From a virus (taxonomy: Duplodnaviria > Heunggongvirae > Uroviricota > Caudoviricetes): a stretch of DNA of 64,000 nucleotides. The stretch is taken from positions 11,681 to 75,680 of IMG/VR virus record IMGVR_UViG_3300028883_000047. One strand, 5' to 3'. This document shows positions 35,787 to 45,221 of this stretch, in pieces (position 1 is the first letter of the stretch; each line of letters starts with the position of its first letter). The notes under the pieces are model-generated. The model worked only from the letters and a program-made list of their open reading frames with translations. It did not search any database and was not told where the DNA came from. The translations under genes were made by a program, and so were the position numbers.

Positions 35787-35815
35787 ATTGTAAGTTTATT
35801 TAGTAGTTAAGTCAA
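35787..35815 (-). promoter_or_regulatory. sigma70-like early promoter (TTGACT-17-TACAAT) reading toward tRNA array 2
   Basis: Minus strand -35 TTGACT (35810-35815), -10 TACAAT (35787-35792); conserved cassette shared with 1782-1836. Confidence 0.45.
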
Positions 35816-35835
35816 CAGTTTTATAACTCGTTGAT

Positions 35836-36990
35836 TTACCGCTTATTATCCGCACCGAGCTTGTGCATGACGGCTCCAATCACTTTTGTTCCGGGTTGAT
35901 TGAACAGCCCTGCCTTGTACAAGTAACGATAAACATCTATGATTGTTCGTCCTTGGTCAACGTTATCATCAGCAAGAACGTATATTGTGTTGTTGGTTCG
36001 CTTTGGTGCTTTTGCGCCCTTTTTGATTTTAACACGGTCATATATGTGGCGACGGATGCCACCATGCAAGCTGTGAACCTTACGTTGTTTCGCGTCATCC
36101 GATACCGGTTGGCCAGCTACATCATAAAACTGTTCTTCCGTTTTCTGCAGGAAGGCTAGATCGGCCTGGTATAGTTTCACATCCTGTTCAGGAGTTTGGG
36201 GATCGTTGATCTTCTTGTCTAAAAACGCCTGTGCGCGTTCAATGAATGCTAGAACCTGCTCTTCAGAGCGACCGCCAGATTGGTATTCATCAATGAGGTT
36301 TTTGTATAGATTGACCAACTTATCAGGATTCATATCCTTACCACCAGCTATACCCATCTTGTAATCAAGATTTTGTTCCAGTATATCATGAACGCTCGCT
36401 ACTTTGCCTCGTGCCCCCAACTCGCTAGAGATTGCATTCGCAAATTTTCCCGGCAGCTCTGACGACGATGGTATTGGAATAATTATGATGTTATCTGATC
36501 GTTCCATATCCCTAAAGTTAGAGCCTTCAATCTGCCTCATGACAGATTTGGCAGACTGTTGCAGCATCTGCTCCATTGCTTCGGGCGTAGTACTATGACC
36601 ATTACGTCCCTTCAGAGCATCAAGTATTCTGTTATATTGTTCGCGTTCTGCTGACCGCGAACCGCCCGGATCGAGCGACATTCCGTAAAATGTCGGCACT
36701 GATGTTTGAAAAGTGTCCTTGTTGTAGTGTGGTCGGAATTCGTCTTGTTCCTTCCGAGAGAATACATCAAAGTTACCTGTACCAACATTACGTGGGGCTT
36801 CAATCTTTATTCGGTTGCCAACCTTCTTTGATTTTAAGCCACTCATCCGCTTAGTCATAATCTCATCATTTTGGCCTGGTGTAGATGAATCGTACCCCAA
36901 TACAAACTTTCCATCGGCGTTCTGCGAAAAGGTATAACCTTCCGTTAACAGACGGACGGGAACTGGTTTTATGACTTCAAATAATTTCAT
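35836..36990 (-). CDS. large protein with C-terminal type-I phosphoribosyltransferase-like PRPP-binding motif
   Basis: IYVLADDNVDQGRTIID resembles the PRPP loop (hhhDDhhxTGxT) of PRTases / PRPP synthetases; N-terminal 250 aa unassigned. Confidence 0.4.
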   Translation of the reverse strand: MKLFEVIKPVPVRLLTEGYTFSQNADGKFVLGYDSSTPGQNDEIMTKRMSGLKSKKVGNRIKIEAPRNVGTGNFDVFSRKEQDEFRPHYNKDTFQTSVPTFYGMSLDPGGSRSAEREQYNRILDALKGRNGHSTTPEAMEQMLQQSAKSVMRQIEGSNFRDMERSDNIIIIPIPSSSELPGKFANAISSELGARGKVASVHDILEQNLDYKMGIAGGKDMNPDKLVNLYKNLIDEYQSGGRSEEQVLAFIERAQAFLDKKINDPQTPEQDVKLYQADLAFLQKTEEQFYDVAGQPVSDDAKQRKVHSLHGGIRRHIYDRVKIKKGAKAPKRTNNTIYVLADDNVDQGRTIIDVYRYLYKAGLFNQPGTKVIGAVMHKLGADNKR

Positions 36991-37208
36991 TGTGCGGTCA
37001 GGTAATGGCTAATAGCAGCGAGTGCCGCTTCAATTTTTCTTGGTTGGTTTTTGAACTCAGGTAGTTGTTCGAGACGCATTTTAGCTACACGGAGCATTTC
37101 ATCGTCGTTCCAGCGACCCTCTTCAGCAAACTGATCAATGATCTCATCTGCCAGGTTCTTTAGCATGCCTTGGGCACTCTCAATAAGAAGGTATTCAGCA
37201 AATCTCAT
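36987..37208 (-). CDS. hypothetical protein (73 aa)
   Basis: ORF, 4-nt overlap coupling. Confidence 0.4.
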   Translation of the reverse strand: MRFAEYLLIESAQGMLKNLADEIIDQFAEEGRWNDDEMLRVAKMRLEQLPEFKNQPRKIEAALAAISHYLTAQ

Positions 37209-37450
37209 TACGCTACCTCGTTAAAATCCTTCATCTGTGTGTAATTCATTTCTTGATCAATAGCAGCGAGCACATCCGAGTGGAACCGGTTCGCTAGCTT
37301 CTGAGCTAGTTCACGAGTTGCTTTTGGATTACCTCTGGCTTTGTATTGTGCTGCATTGATAAACTGGCGAGCAATACCATCCGCGGTGTTCTTGGAACGA
37401 TCGCGAGGAATGAACTCCGCCTGAACTTCTAGTAACGTTGAAATTTTCAT
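37208..37450 (-). CDS. hypothetical protein (80 aa)
   Basis: ORF. Confidence 0.4.
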   Translation of the reverse strand: MKISTLLEVQAEFIPRDRSKNTADGIARQFINAAQYKARGNPKATRELAQKLANRFHSDVLAAIDQEMNYTQMKDFNEVA

Positions 37451-37698
37451 TACGCTACCCTGGTATCATATTCCACTAGAGCGGCTGCTTTATCAACAAA
37501 CACATTTGACTCAGCAAATTCTACCGTTCCGGCGTTTCCAGCAAGACGAATATCATACTTAATGGTGGTTGCGGTCACGAGCACGTCAATACGAACGCGA
37601 AGAACGACACCATGTGTTACATACGGTTTACTATCACATTTGTGGATAACATAAACCTCTGCATTGGGTTCAAAACCGTAACTTACAGGACTAGCCAT
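37450..37698 (-). CDS. hypothetical protein (~83 aa)
   Basis: Start set at Met (MASPVSYGFE) preceded by GGAGAAA SD and late promoter box; the longer ORF start would contain the promoter box. Confidence 0.4.
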   Translation of the reverse strand: MASPVSYGFEPNAEVYVIHKCDSKPYVTHGVVLRVRIDVLVTATTIKYDIRLAGNAGTVEFAESNVFVDKAAALVEYDTRVA

Positions 37699-37721
37699 AA
37701 CAATTTCTCCAGTGTTTTTTG

Positions 37722-37729
37722 TATTTATA
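37722..37729 (-). promoter_or_regulatory. T4-type late promoter box TATAAATA
   Basis: Exact TATAAATA ~24 nt upstream of SD+ATG at 37698. Confidence 0.4.
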
Positions 37730-37736
37730 AAAGACA

Positions 37737-37768
37737 ATAAAAAAGGCCGCCCGAAGGCGGCCTTTTTG
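37737..37768. terminator. bidirectional rho-independent terminator (GGCCGCC-CGAA-GGCGGCC with A/T runs)
   Basis: Perfect 7-bp GC stem, AAAAAA upstream and TTTTT downstream. Confidence 0.6.
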
Positions 37769-37791
37769 CACCAGCGTTGCGCTAGTTATTA

Positions 37792-39333
37792 CTACTTACC
37801 AGCAGTGGGAATCCCACGGTCATAGTTCAGGCGTTTTGCGGCGTCCATCGTCATAATGTTCATGAAGTTGGATACCTCACTATTTTCGCCGGTCGGAACA
37901 CCATCAGCAGAGCCGCCAGTTACGAACACCTGAGCAGGTACTTTACGGTTGGCGAATGCGTCTGCCCATACTTTCTGGATCTCGATTTCAGCATCCAGTT
38001 TCTGCTGCAAAGCGTTGTCACCAGCGATGCGTGCTTCACGTTCGTACTTGTCGGCGTCAGCCAGTACTTTGATACGCTCAGCATCGATGTCGGCTTTTTC
38101 CTTCTGTACCTGAGCGGTCTGCTTGTCGATCTCAGCCTGTTCCAACTGCTTATTGGCAGCAATCAGAGCCAACCGTTTTTCAGTTTCAGCTTCGGTCGTT
38201 GCCTTGATCTGAACCTTTTTTGCGGTGGCTTGCTCTTCAGCAACCTCACGATCACCCTTGGCGATTGCCAGCAACCGCTGTTCTTCTTCCTGAACACGCT
38301 TTTCCTGTGCGATTGCACGGTCAGCGGCAGCCTGCTGTTTCAACTGCATACGCTCAACGAACTTCTGGTTCGGGACGAGATCAGTAACGCGAGCTTCAAT
38401 CACCTGGATACCGTAGTCGGTGAACTTCTGCTCTTTGCGTTCGTACGTACCATCTGCACGAAGTTTTTTCTCAACAACCCACTTCGTCTTCATCGCTTCA
38501 CCGAAATCGCCTTGGTCAGTTCCGAGGTCAGCAGCAGCGGTGCCTTTTGCCTGAGCAGTAGGATCGGCAACTTTAATCTGATGGCGAGTGACGAGGTAGA
38601 TGCCGTTCTGCATCTGGTTTTCGAACTCAGCGTTGAACTCCGTACGACGACCGCTGTAGTACTCTTCAGCTGCCATCAACGAACCGGTGGCCTGCAGAGT
38701 TTCTTTGAACGCAGGAACCAGAGCGGTGTTCAGCAGGTTTTCAGGGGTACGATATTCGTGTGCCATTGTCAGGAACGACTCACGGTCAACCGGAATACGA
38801 TAACGAACCGTCGCGAAGATTTTCGAATCCACCTGGTCCAACATGACGACGCTCAGTCCTTGAAGGTTAGCAGATGTCGAGCCTTCGGTGCCATCTTCAC
38901 CAGTTTCCAGATCAGGGCGTCCATCACCGTCTTTGTCGGTGTAAGGAACTGCCTGAACAGACATAGCCTTTTTCCATGGGTTGATGCGGCCAAACAGATG
39001 GTACGCATAACCAACATCATCGATTACGCGTTCTTCACCCATAATGGTACGAACGTGATATACGTAACCGGGTTCAGCGTAAAAGAAGATTTTGTTAAAC
39101 AGCCCAAGGCCGAGAAACGTGATGGTCAACACCACCAGTCCAGTTCGAACGGCGGTTGGAACCGGGAATGCTTCTGCTTCCATCAGCCGTTCAATGTCAG
39201 CTTCATCAACGTTTTTTGCTTTCGCGTTGATGCGCATGCGTTCAAGTTTCGCTGCGTGCTGGGATTTAAAAATACTGATACCAATGATACCAGCAATCAT
39301 AACGACTGCAAATACAATCCAGATCATGTTCAA
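37792..39333 (-). CDS. SPFH/band-7 (flotillin/prohibitin-like) membrane protein with long coiled-coil
   Basis: N-terminal TM, SPFH-like core, then 150-aa Glu/Ala/Lys/Gln coiled coil; 513 aa. Confidence 0.5.
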   Translation of the reverse strand: MNMIWIVFAVVMIAGIIGISIFKSQHAAKLERMRINAKAKNVDEADIERLMEAEAFPVPTAVRTGLVVLTITFLGLGLFNKIFFYAEPGYVYHVRTIMGEERVIDDVGYAYHLFGRINPWKKAMSVQAVPYTDKDGDGRPDLETGEDGTEGSTSANLQGLSVVMLDQVDSKIFATVRYRIPVDRESFLTMAHEYRTPENLLNTALVPAFKETLQATGSLMAAEEYYSGRRTEFNAEFENQMQNGIYLVTRHQIKVADPTAQAKGTAAADLGTDQGDFGEAMKTKWVVEKKLRADGTYERKEQKFTDYGIQVIEARVTDLVPNQKFVERMQLKQQAAADRAIAQEKRVQEEEQRLLAIAKGDREVAEEQATAKKVQIKATTEAETEKRLALIAANKQLEQAEIDKQTAQVQKEKADIDAERIKVLADADKYEREARIAGDNALQQKLDAEIEIQKVWADAFANRKVPAQVFVTGGSADGVPTGENSEVSNFMNIMTMDAAKRLNYDRGIPTAGK

Positions 39334-39400
39334 TTTCTCCTAAAAGGGTTAGCCAAAATTTAAGCGACAGGGAGGAGTATACGGGTGATAGAAACCGAAA

Positions 39401-39562
39401 TCAAGGGTTTTGCTTGAAAAGTTTCTCAATGCTGGCTAAACGCTGGAGTTCTGGATCAAGCGCAGTTTTAAGCAGTTCTTCTTGCTCTGGCGATAGCTCA
39501 GGTTCTTCTTTTAACCCAAGCTCCGCGAGCACTTTTTGGATGGTAGCGTCTTTCTCATTCAT
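39401..39562 (-). CDS. small hypothetical protein (53 aa)
   Basis: Uninterrupted minus-strand ORF in the 270-nt gap; weak SD. Confidence 0.25.
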   Translation of the reverse strand: MNEKDATIQKVLAELGLKEEPELSPEQEELLKTALDPELQRLASIEKLFKQNP

Positions 39563-39580
39563 GATAGTATTTAGAACGAG

Positions 39581-39606
39581 AAAAGGGGGCCGAAGCCCCC
39601 TTTTAT
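39581..39606 (-). terminator. terminator hairpin GGGGGCCGAAGCCCCC + T-run
   Basis: Same 16-nt hairpin sequence recurs at 50171-50186. Confidence 0.5.
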
Positions 39607-40751
39607 TACACCACCTCCTTTATTTTTTCAAGGCGTGTTTGGTCTATTGCGAGCCCTATCTGCTCGCCCTTGAGAACGGCTTGTTGCTCGACAGTTAGGG
39701 TTGCAAAAGACACTTTCCTCGCTTCCCTAAACGCCGTTAGTAGGGCATCCATCCCTGACTCAATCCTACTATCAAAACTAGCAAACCCCAACGCTGAACT
39801 CAATTCAACCATATCATCCGGACGTCTGAATGCATCAAGCATGTGGAGTGCTTTCAGTACCTTCTCTGGATCATGTTGTTCAGCAGCACGATCTTTCAAG
39901 TAACGCAGCAACCTGTTAAACTTCGTTGCCAGCCGCTGGATATCGTTAGGTGCTTTCAACCGAACATAGAACTCATCTGCTTTATCCAGATCGACCAATG
40001 ACGTCAGTAGCATGTACCGAACAAACATATCAGCGTTACGCAACGCTGCACGAGACAATCCATATCCAGAGTGAATCAACGACCGACCGAGTTCCGGAAA
40101 CAATACGTCCTTCGCGCCGCATGCCTCCAAAGTCCAGAAGAACTTGGTTGGTTGTTCAGCCGTTAGTGCACCCTCAAGCTCTTTCCATACCCGTTCTTCG
40201 GTTAGGTGATCAAGCTCACCTGATTTAACCAACGAACGCATCAGGTCCATCGTCTCAGGAGCGACGCTAAAATTGTACCTAGCAGCGAATCGAGCAACAC
40301 GTAGAACACGGACTGGATCTTCAGCAAACGCATCTGACACGTGCCGAAGAACTCCATTACGAAGGTCCTCAACACCACCATAAGGATCGATGATTTCATC
40401 AGACAGCTTTGCGAAACCAGCCTCGTTCCAACTCAGAACTTCGCGCGCCATGGCATTGCACGTCAGGTCACGACGGAGCAGATCTTCTTCGATCGTGATC
40501 TCCGGATCGCTGTACACTTCGAAACCGTGATAGCCTTCACCAGTCTTCTTTTCAGTCCGAGCAAGAGCGTATTCGTCACGTGTCTTTGGATGATGAAAAA
40601 CAGGGAACGCTTGAGCTTCGATAGGAATATACCCCAGCGTTTTCATGTCTACCGCGGTAGCGCCGGTCACGACGAAATCATGATCTTTAGCTTCACGACC
40701 AAGAACTCTATCGCGCACATAGCCGCCAACAATGTAAAACTTGATTGTCAC
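39606..40751 (-). CDS. cca: tRNA nucleotidyltransferase (CCA-adding enzyme)
   Basis: MTIKFYIVGGYVRDRVLGREAKDHDFVVTGAT: GG(x)VRD + DxD head-domain motifs; 381 aa. Confidence 0.75.
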   Translation of the reverse strand: MTIKFYIVGGYVRDRVLGREAKDHDFVVTGATAVDMKTLGYIPIEAQAFPVFHHPKTRDEYALARTEKKTGEGYHGFEVYSDPEITIEEDLLRRDLTCNAMAREVLSWNEAGFAKLSDEIIDPYGGVEDLRNGVLRHVSDAFAEDPVRVLRVARFAARYNFSVAPETMDLMRSLVKSGELDHLTEERVWKELEGALTAEQPTKFFWTLEACGAKDVLFPELGRSLIHSGYGLSRAALRNADMFVRYMLLTSLVDLDKADEFYVRLKAPNDIQRLATKFNRLLRYLKDRAAEQHDPEKVLKALHMLDAFRRPDDMVELSSALGFASFDSRIESGMDALLTAFREARKVSFATLTVEQQAVLKGEQIGLAIDQTRLEKIKEVV

Positions 40752-40960
40752 TTAATGACCTTTAATCCTTCGCCACTCATCAGAGGGTAGATAACAATTT
40801 CTTGGAGACGCGCAACGGTGGTTGCTTTGTCGACCTGGCGTAGAAAACCAGGAACCTTTTCTTTCCACTTGAACTGTTCGATAGCTTCACGCGCGAACGT
40901 TTTTGCTTCCTCGAGGTCAGTGGGCCAGTTTGATGCATTTACGTATTGGTCTAATGACAT
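40748..40960 (-). CDS. hypothetical protein (70 aa)
   Basis: ORF coupled to cca. Confidence 0.4.
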   Translation of the reverse strand: MSLDQYVNASNWPTDLEEAKTFAREAIEQFKWKEKVPGFLRQVDKATTVARLQEIVIYPLMSGEGLKVIK

Positions 40961-40999
40961 GGTCGTCTCCTCTCAATAAACTTACGTCATTATATGCAA

Positions 41000-41920
41000 T
41001 TACCCCATTTGGGTCAACATCTCTTCGGCTTCTTCTGTGGTAATCACGTTACGGAAATCTGGAATTGACGGAAGTGCGATATTGTAGACATTCTGAATTT
41101 CCAACCACACCCGAGGAATAGTAAATTCCTGCTCCCGAACCAGAGTTATATTGCCCCAGTCATATGAATCTTCGGGACAGGTGAACGTATCATGTTTCTG
41201 AAACGGAGGAAGAACCACTCTATTTTCATCAGCAGTGGTTTTATTCCCCTGCGAACACTCGTATATGGTTCTGAGCATGTCTTTCAACTCAATCCCACCA
41301 TTCTTTTTGATCATTATCATTGCTTGAGCAATGATATCTTCGCCTCCAATCACAGAGCGAGGATAATAATGTTCAAACGTAGGATCATATGAACCGTCGG
41401 CACGTTTACGAACCCACGCATCGAATGACATTAATCCTGTGTACACTTTAACAAGATCGTGAATCATGTTGCCAATGTTGCGAATAGCAACATCGATATC
41501 ATTCCTATATTCTTCTGTGTTGGAATCCATTTTCAATAAACCCGTTGAGCACATTACTGTATATCGATGAATGTGCTTCAGTTTAGTATGGAACTTACGG
41601 AAAGATGATTGAAAGTCTTCTTCCTTCCTTAGATATTCGTCAATTGATTTCTTTTGTCGTTCAACGTCTTTCTTAGCGCGACGAATATCTCGGAGTCGGT
41701 CACGTACTGCAGGAACGAACCTGTTGCGTTTTCCACTATATCTTTCAATATACCACTCGCATGATTTTTCATTCATACGGAGCAATGCTCGTCTAAAATC
41801 GAGAGCAATTTCATCAGGAGTAATACGACGAAGAGCTTCTCCCTCGCATGTAAGGACTAAACTACCAGTGAGTGGTCCTTCTGTGTATTTTGGTGGTGTT
41901 ATAGTTGTTTCTTGTGCCAT
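41000..41920 (-). CDS. hypothetical protein (306 aa)
   Basis: ORF. Confidence 0.45.
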   Translation of the reverse strand: MAQETTITPPKYTEGPLTGSLVLTCEGEALRRITPDEIALDFRRALLRMNEKSCEWYIERYSGKRNRFVPAVRDRLRDIRRAKKDVERQKKSIDEYLRKEEDFQSSFRKFHTKLKHIHRYTVMCSTGLLKMDSNTEEYRNDIDVAIRNIGNMIHDLVKVYTGLMSFDAWVRKRADGSYDPTFEHYYPRSVIGGEDIIAQAMIMIKKNGGIELKDMLRTIYECSQGNKTTADENRVVLPPFQKHDTFTCPEDSYDWGNITLVREQEFTIPRVWLEIQNVYNIALPSIPDFRNVITTEEAEEMLTQMG

Positions 41921-41938
41921 TTAGGCATTATATACAAC

Positions 41939-42280
41939 TTACCAATAGCGGGCAATCATAGATTCCATGCGTTCAACGCCAACGGGGTTCGCGCTGTGAA
42001 CGTAAACCTCTTTAGGAACGGGGCCGAGTTCATTTACTTTGCGGTCAATCATCCACATAAGAATATCGTAGCCGGTCAGCTCTTTATTGCCGACAAACGA
42101 CGCCAGGTCATGATCAAGTGAAACGACTTCGAATTCGATTAATTCGAGTTTGAGAAGAGCTTCCCACGCGCTGCGAGCAGAACACCACTCCGGGCCATAG
42201 CTGACAGGAATAGGTCGAACATCGTCAACCCACAACGAAGTAAAACCGCTCATTGAACAATCTCCCAATATATCCATCAA
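41939..42280 (-). CDS. hypothetical protein (113 aa)
   Basis: ORF. Confidence 0.4.
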   Translation of the reverse strand: MMDILGDCSMSGFTSLWVDDVRPIPVSYGPEWCSARSAWEALLKLELIEFEVVSLDHDLASFVGNKELTGYDILMWMIDRKVNELGPVPKEVYVHSANPVGVERMESMIARYW

Positions 42281-42326
42281 GATAGTATACGGGGTATTTA
42301 GGGTGATTGCAACGATTATAGGATAA

Positions 42327-42797
42327 TTATTCGCACCAGTTTTTGGTTTTAGTTCCGCCGAAGTACTCGACTGCGAGACCTTCCTGAATCATTTTATCAG
42401 CGACATTTACTTCTACACCAGTTTCTATGTTAATAACATACGCATCTGCGAGAACACGACCACCATACTTATCCCAGCTGTAGCCTTTTAAGCTCAACAT
42501 ATTGCCGTTGTCTTTAATCAATTGCTTCAAGTATGCGGTGGCGGCGAGTGCTAGTTCAGCTTCTTTGATACACTGAGCTCTGCTGAGCTTTCCAGTTTCT
42601 GCATAACTTGCTGCTGGCATTTCAGGAGTGTCAATGCCATATATGCGAACACTGACGACATCTAATGGATTAGGAAGAGTTAACCTTGTTTTTACAGTAT
42701 CCCCATCATACACTTCAAGGATAGGGACGATGAGACTTTCTTCTGCTACTGCCGTAAAAGAAAACAGCAGCAGAATTGTTGCTAGAAAGTGTTTCAT
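42327..42797 (-). CDS. secreted thermonuclease (staphylococcal nuclease-like)
   Basis: Signal peptide; EVYDGDTVKTRL..RIYGIDTPE SNase catalytic pattern. Confidence 0.6.
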   Translation of the reverse strand: MKHFLATILLLFSFTAVAEESLIVPILEVYDGDTVKTRLTLPNPLDVVSVRIYGIDTPEMPAASYAETGKLSRAQCIKEAELALAATAYLKQLIKDNGNMLSLKGYSWDKYGGRVLADAYVINIETGVEVNVADKMIQEGLAVEYFGGTKTKNWCE

Positions 42798-43648
42798 TAT
42801 TGGTTAGGGTTAGCTAACGCCTGAGCTTTGTACTTGTAATAGTACGTATTCGCACCAGCAGCTGTCATATCAAGCTCGTTGCGAAGCTGAGCTTTGATCT
42901 CACGAGGAGCTAAACCTTGCTGAATGCCAGCAGAAACTAGAGCAGCTGCACGTTGTGCTTTACTTTCACCACCCTGGTAAGCATGTTCGCCAGCAGGGCG
43001 GGCCTGAGCACGCTGTTGGATTTCTGGACGAGTATCTCCGTGTCCACGCAGTTCGCGAGCAATTCGAGCGGATTTGATCTCTGGTCGGAATTCCATTCCA
43101 GACCGAGCTCCATGACGCAAGCGGCCACGGGCATCGTGTGGAGCTTTCTCAGCTCCAGTTTCTGCATCCATTCCAGTGGTCTGTTCCCACTTGTTCACAG
43201 CAGACTCAATATCTTTTTCTTCCTGAGCTCGGCGCTTATACTCTTCTTCGCCTTTCCAATCACCAACCATAGAACCCATCTTGCCAATCGTTCCGCTATA
43301 CAGCGAATCGAACTCGTCGGCAATATATGATTGAATCTGTTGGTTTGCACCTTCTGAACCAAACTCATCCAGGAAAGAACGAGCGAGTTTAAGAGCTGCA
43401 GGTTTGTGTTGTGGGTCTTTGACTAATTCTTGATACATTGGAAGACTGCGAATGTATTCGCGAACATCTACACCATTCTGCTCAGTCATGAAGAAGTTTT
43501 TGAATGTCAGACCTTCGTTAGTCTTTTGAAGGCAAGCAGCAATTGCTTGGTTGTGTGCATCTTTCTTGTTCATACGTTTGTTTGCACGACCGCGAGGATG
43601 CTTATCCTTCCATTCGCTCATGCATGCTCCCATTTTATCTTTTGCCAT
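42797..43648 (-). CDS. hypothetical protein (283 aa)
   Basis: ORF. Confidence 0.45.
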   Translation of the reverse strand: MAKDKMGACMSEWKDKHPRGRANKRMNKKDAHNQAIAACLQKTNEGLTFKNFFMTEQNGVDVREYIRSLPMYQELVKDPQHKPAALKLARSFLDEFGSEGANQQIQSYIADEFDSLYSGTIGKMGSMVGDWKGEEEYKRRAQEEKDIESAVNKWEQTTGMDAETGAEKAPHDARGRLRHGARSGMEFRPEIKSARIARELRGHGDTRPEIQQRAQARPAGEHAYQGGESKAQRAAALVSAGIQQGLAPREIKAQLRNELDMTAAGANTYYYKYKAQALANPNQ

Positions 43649-43735
43649 TGATCAACTCCAGAGATATTGTGTTCTGGTATTTAGTACCCACGCAAAATAG
43701 CGAAAGGGTTTCGTTGGCAGTATTTATAGGGAATG

Positions 43736-44605
43736 TTACAAGAACTGAGTGATTTCTCGTGGAAGTTTCATCTTTCCGACAACTGACTTGGCGCGTTCCG
43801 CTGCTTTTTTGAATATTTTTTCCTGATCAGCACTATCAAACCGCCGGTGAATCAAGCGTATCACGCTTTCAGCGTCTTCAACCTCGCAGGGATCTGTCGG
43901 ACAGCCGAACATTAGTGCCAGTGCTGTGCGAGGATCGTTGATGACAATATCATCATCAATAACATCACGCGTTAAGGGGAACTTTTCTTTAATATCGTTT
44001 AGTGTGGAAGTCTTCAGGGTTTTGAGGTACCCAGATCCATCCTTGCGTTCGGGACGATATTGGTAAATTCGACGCAATCCTTTGTTTAAGTCAAACGTTC
44101 GGCCAATACGAACAGTCAGAATTGGATTATTTCGATCTACCCAGTTGTATCCAAAATAATCAACTCCCTCTTGGTTCACTTGTGCAGCCACCCCCATTAA
44201 CAACATCGTACGGACAGCACCTTTGTAGTCACTATCAGAAGCTGCTGGTGACCAATAAGCAAAATTAGCCCATTCGATATTATCAGTGAACATCAGGTCC
44301 ACTTGAACAGCTTGGCCGTCAATGTCAATAGCATACGATTGAACACCCAATCCTGGCATATCTTTAAATTCTAGGATATATGGACCAGCAAAGGACATAC
44401 TCTCCTTCACCATGTCAGGATGGTATGTGTTCAAATCTACCGCAAGATCAATATCATTAGACCATGGAGCTTTCCCCGTAGACCCCAGTGGATGCAAATC
44501 CACAACAGGAACGGAAGAAAAGTGAGAAACCGTTTCGATTACATTTGGAATTTTTGATATTGATACAGGAGTTGTTCCTGCTTCTTTTGTTGCGTAGCCG
44601 CCCAT
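43736..44605 (-). CDS. Pol-beta-superfamily nucleotidyltransferase-like protein
   Basis: PLGSTGKAPWSNDIDLAV: G[SG] followed by DxD in beta-strand context; 289 aa. Confidence 0.4.
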   Translation of the reverse strand: MGGYATKEAGTTPVSISKIPNVIETVSHFSSVPVVDLHPLGSTGKAPWSNDIDLAVDLNTYHPDMVKESMSFAGPYILEFKDMPGLGVQSYAIDIDGQAVQVDLMFTDNIEWANFAYWSPAASDSDYKGAVRTMLLMGVAAQVNQEGVDYFGYNWVDRNNPILTVRIGRTFDLNKGLRRIYQYRPERKDGSGYLKTLKTSTLNDIKEKFPLTRDVIDDDIVINDPRTALALMFGCPTDPCEVEDAESVIRLIHRRFDSADQEKIFKKAAERAKSVVGKMKLPREITQFL

Positions 44606-44617
44606 GAGGCCCTCCAG

Positions 44618-44773
44618 TTATTCTTGGAGGGATTGTACCTCGTCCTTTAGCTGTTCAGCAAGCTCTCGAGCGATTGAAAGATCCTCTTCCATCATCTCTC
44701 TATCCTCGATAGATTGGATCATGGAGTCGATTTTATCAATTAATTCGTCAAGAAAAATGTCACGTCCTTGCAT
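44618..44773 (-). CDS. small coiled-coil protein (51 aa)
   Basis: Minus-strand ORF MQGRDIFLDELIDKIDSMIQSIEDREMMEEDLSIARELAEQLKDEVQSLQE, stop overlaps GGAGGG SD of next gene. Confidence 0.3.
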   Translation of the reverse strand: MQGRDIFLDELIDKIDSMIQSIEDREMMEEDLSIARELAEQLKDEVQSLQE

Positions 44774-44820
44774 TAAGAGTACCTAAAAGTTAATGTCCTG
44801 GCTATATAGACGTCGGTTCC

Positions 44821-45024
44821 TTAACAACCAGCATCTGTACATTCGCTAATTAACTTATCGAGGTCATCTTTGCGCTTTTCGCAACGCTGTACGTGATCAT
44901 CAAACACAAACGGTTTGATATTTTTATGGCATATAGGACATTGATGACAACACGCCATAATGTGCATTACGCCTTCTTGAACATGACACATGCAGTCACA
45001 TTCATCAAAGTCTACAGCACTCAT
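44821..45024 (-). CDS. small Cys-rich zinc-finger protein (67 aa)
   Basis: CxxC..CxxC..CxxC pattern. Confidence 0.4.
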   Translation of the reverse strand: MSAVDFDECDCMCHVQEGVMHIMACCHQCPICHKNIKPFVFDDHVQRCEKRKDDLDKLISECTDAGC

Positions 45025-45212
45025 CCCAACAGCAGTTCCTTACCCTCTGCAGTTACAGGCACGACTTCTGCAATTGCTTGTAGCTCAGGAGCTAGCTTCA
45101 TTTTTTCAGTTTCAGCTAACTGCATTGAATTAAACGGAATTGTCATGTTCTGTCCATTTACTCGGACAACATAATAGATCACTGTATTATCATTAAGAAT
45201 TTGATTGTTCAT
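45021..45212 (-). CDS. hypothetical protein (63 aa)
   Basis: ORF. Confidence 0.35.
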   Translation of the reverse strand: MNNQILNDNTVIYYVVRVNGQNMTIPFNSMQLAETEKMKLAPELQAIAEVVPVTAEGKELLLG

Positions 45213-45221
45213 ATTTTTACC

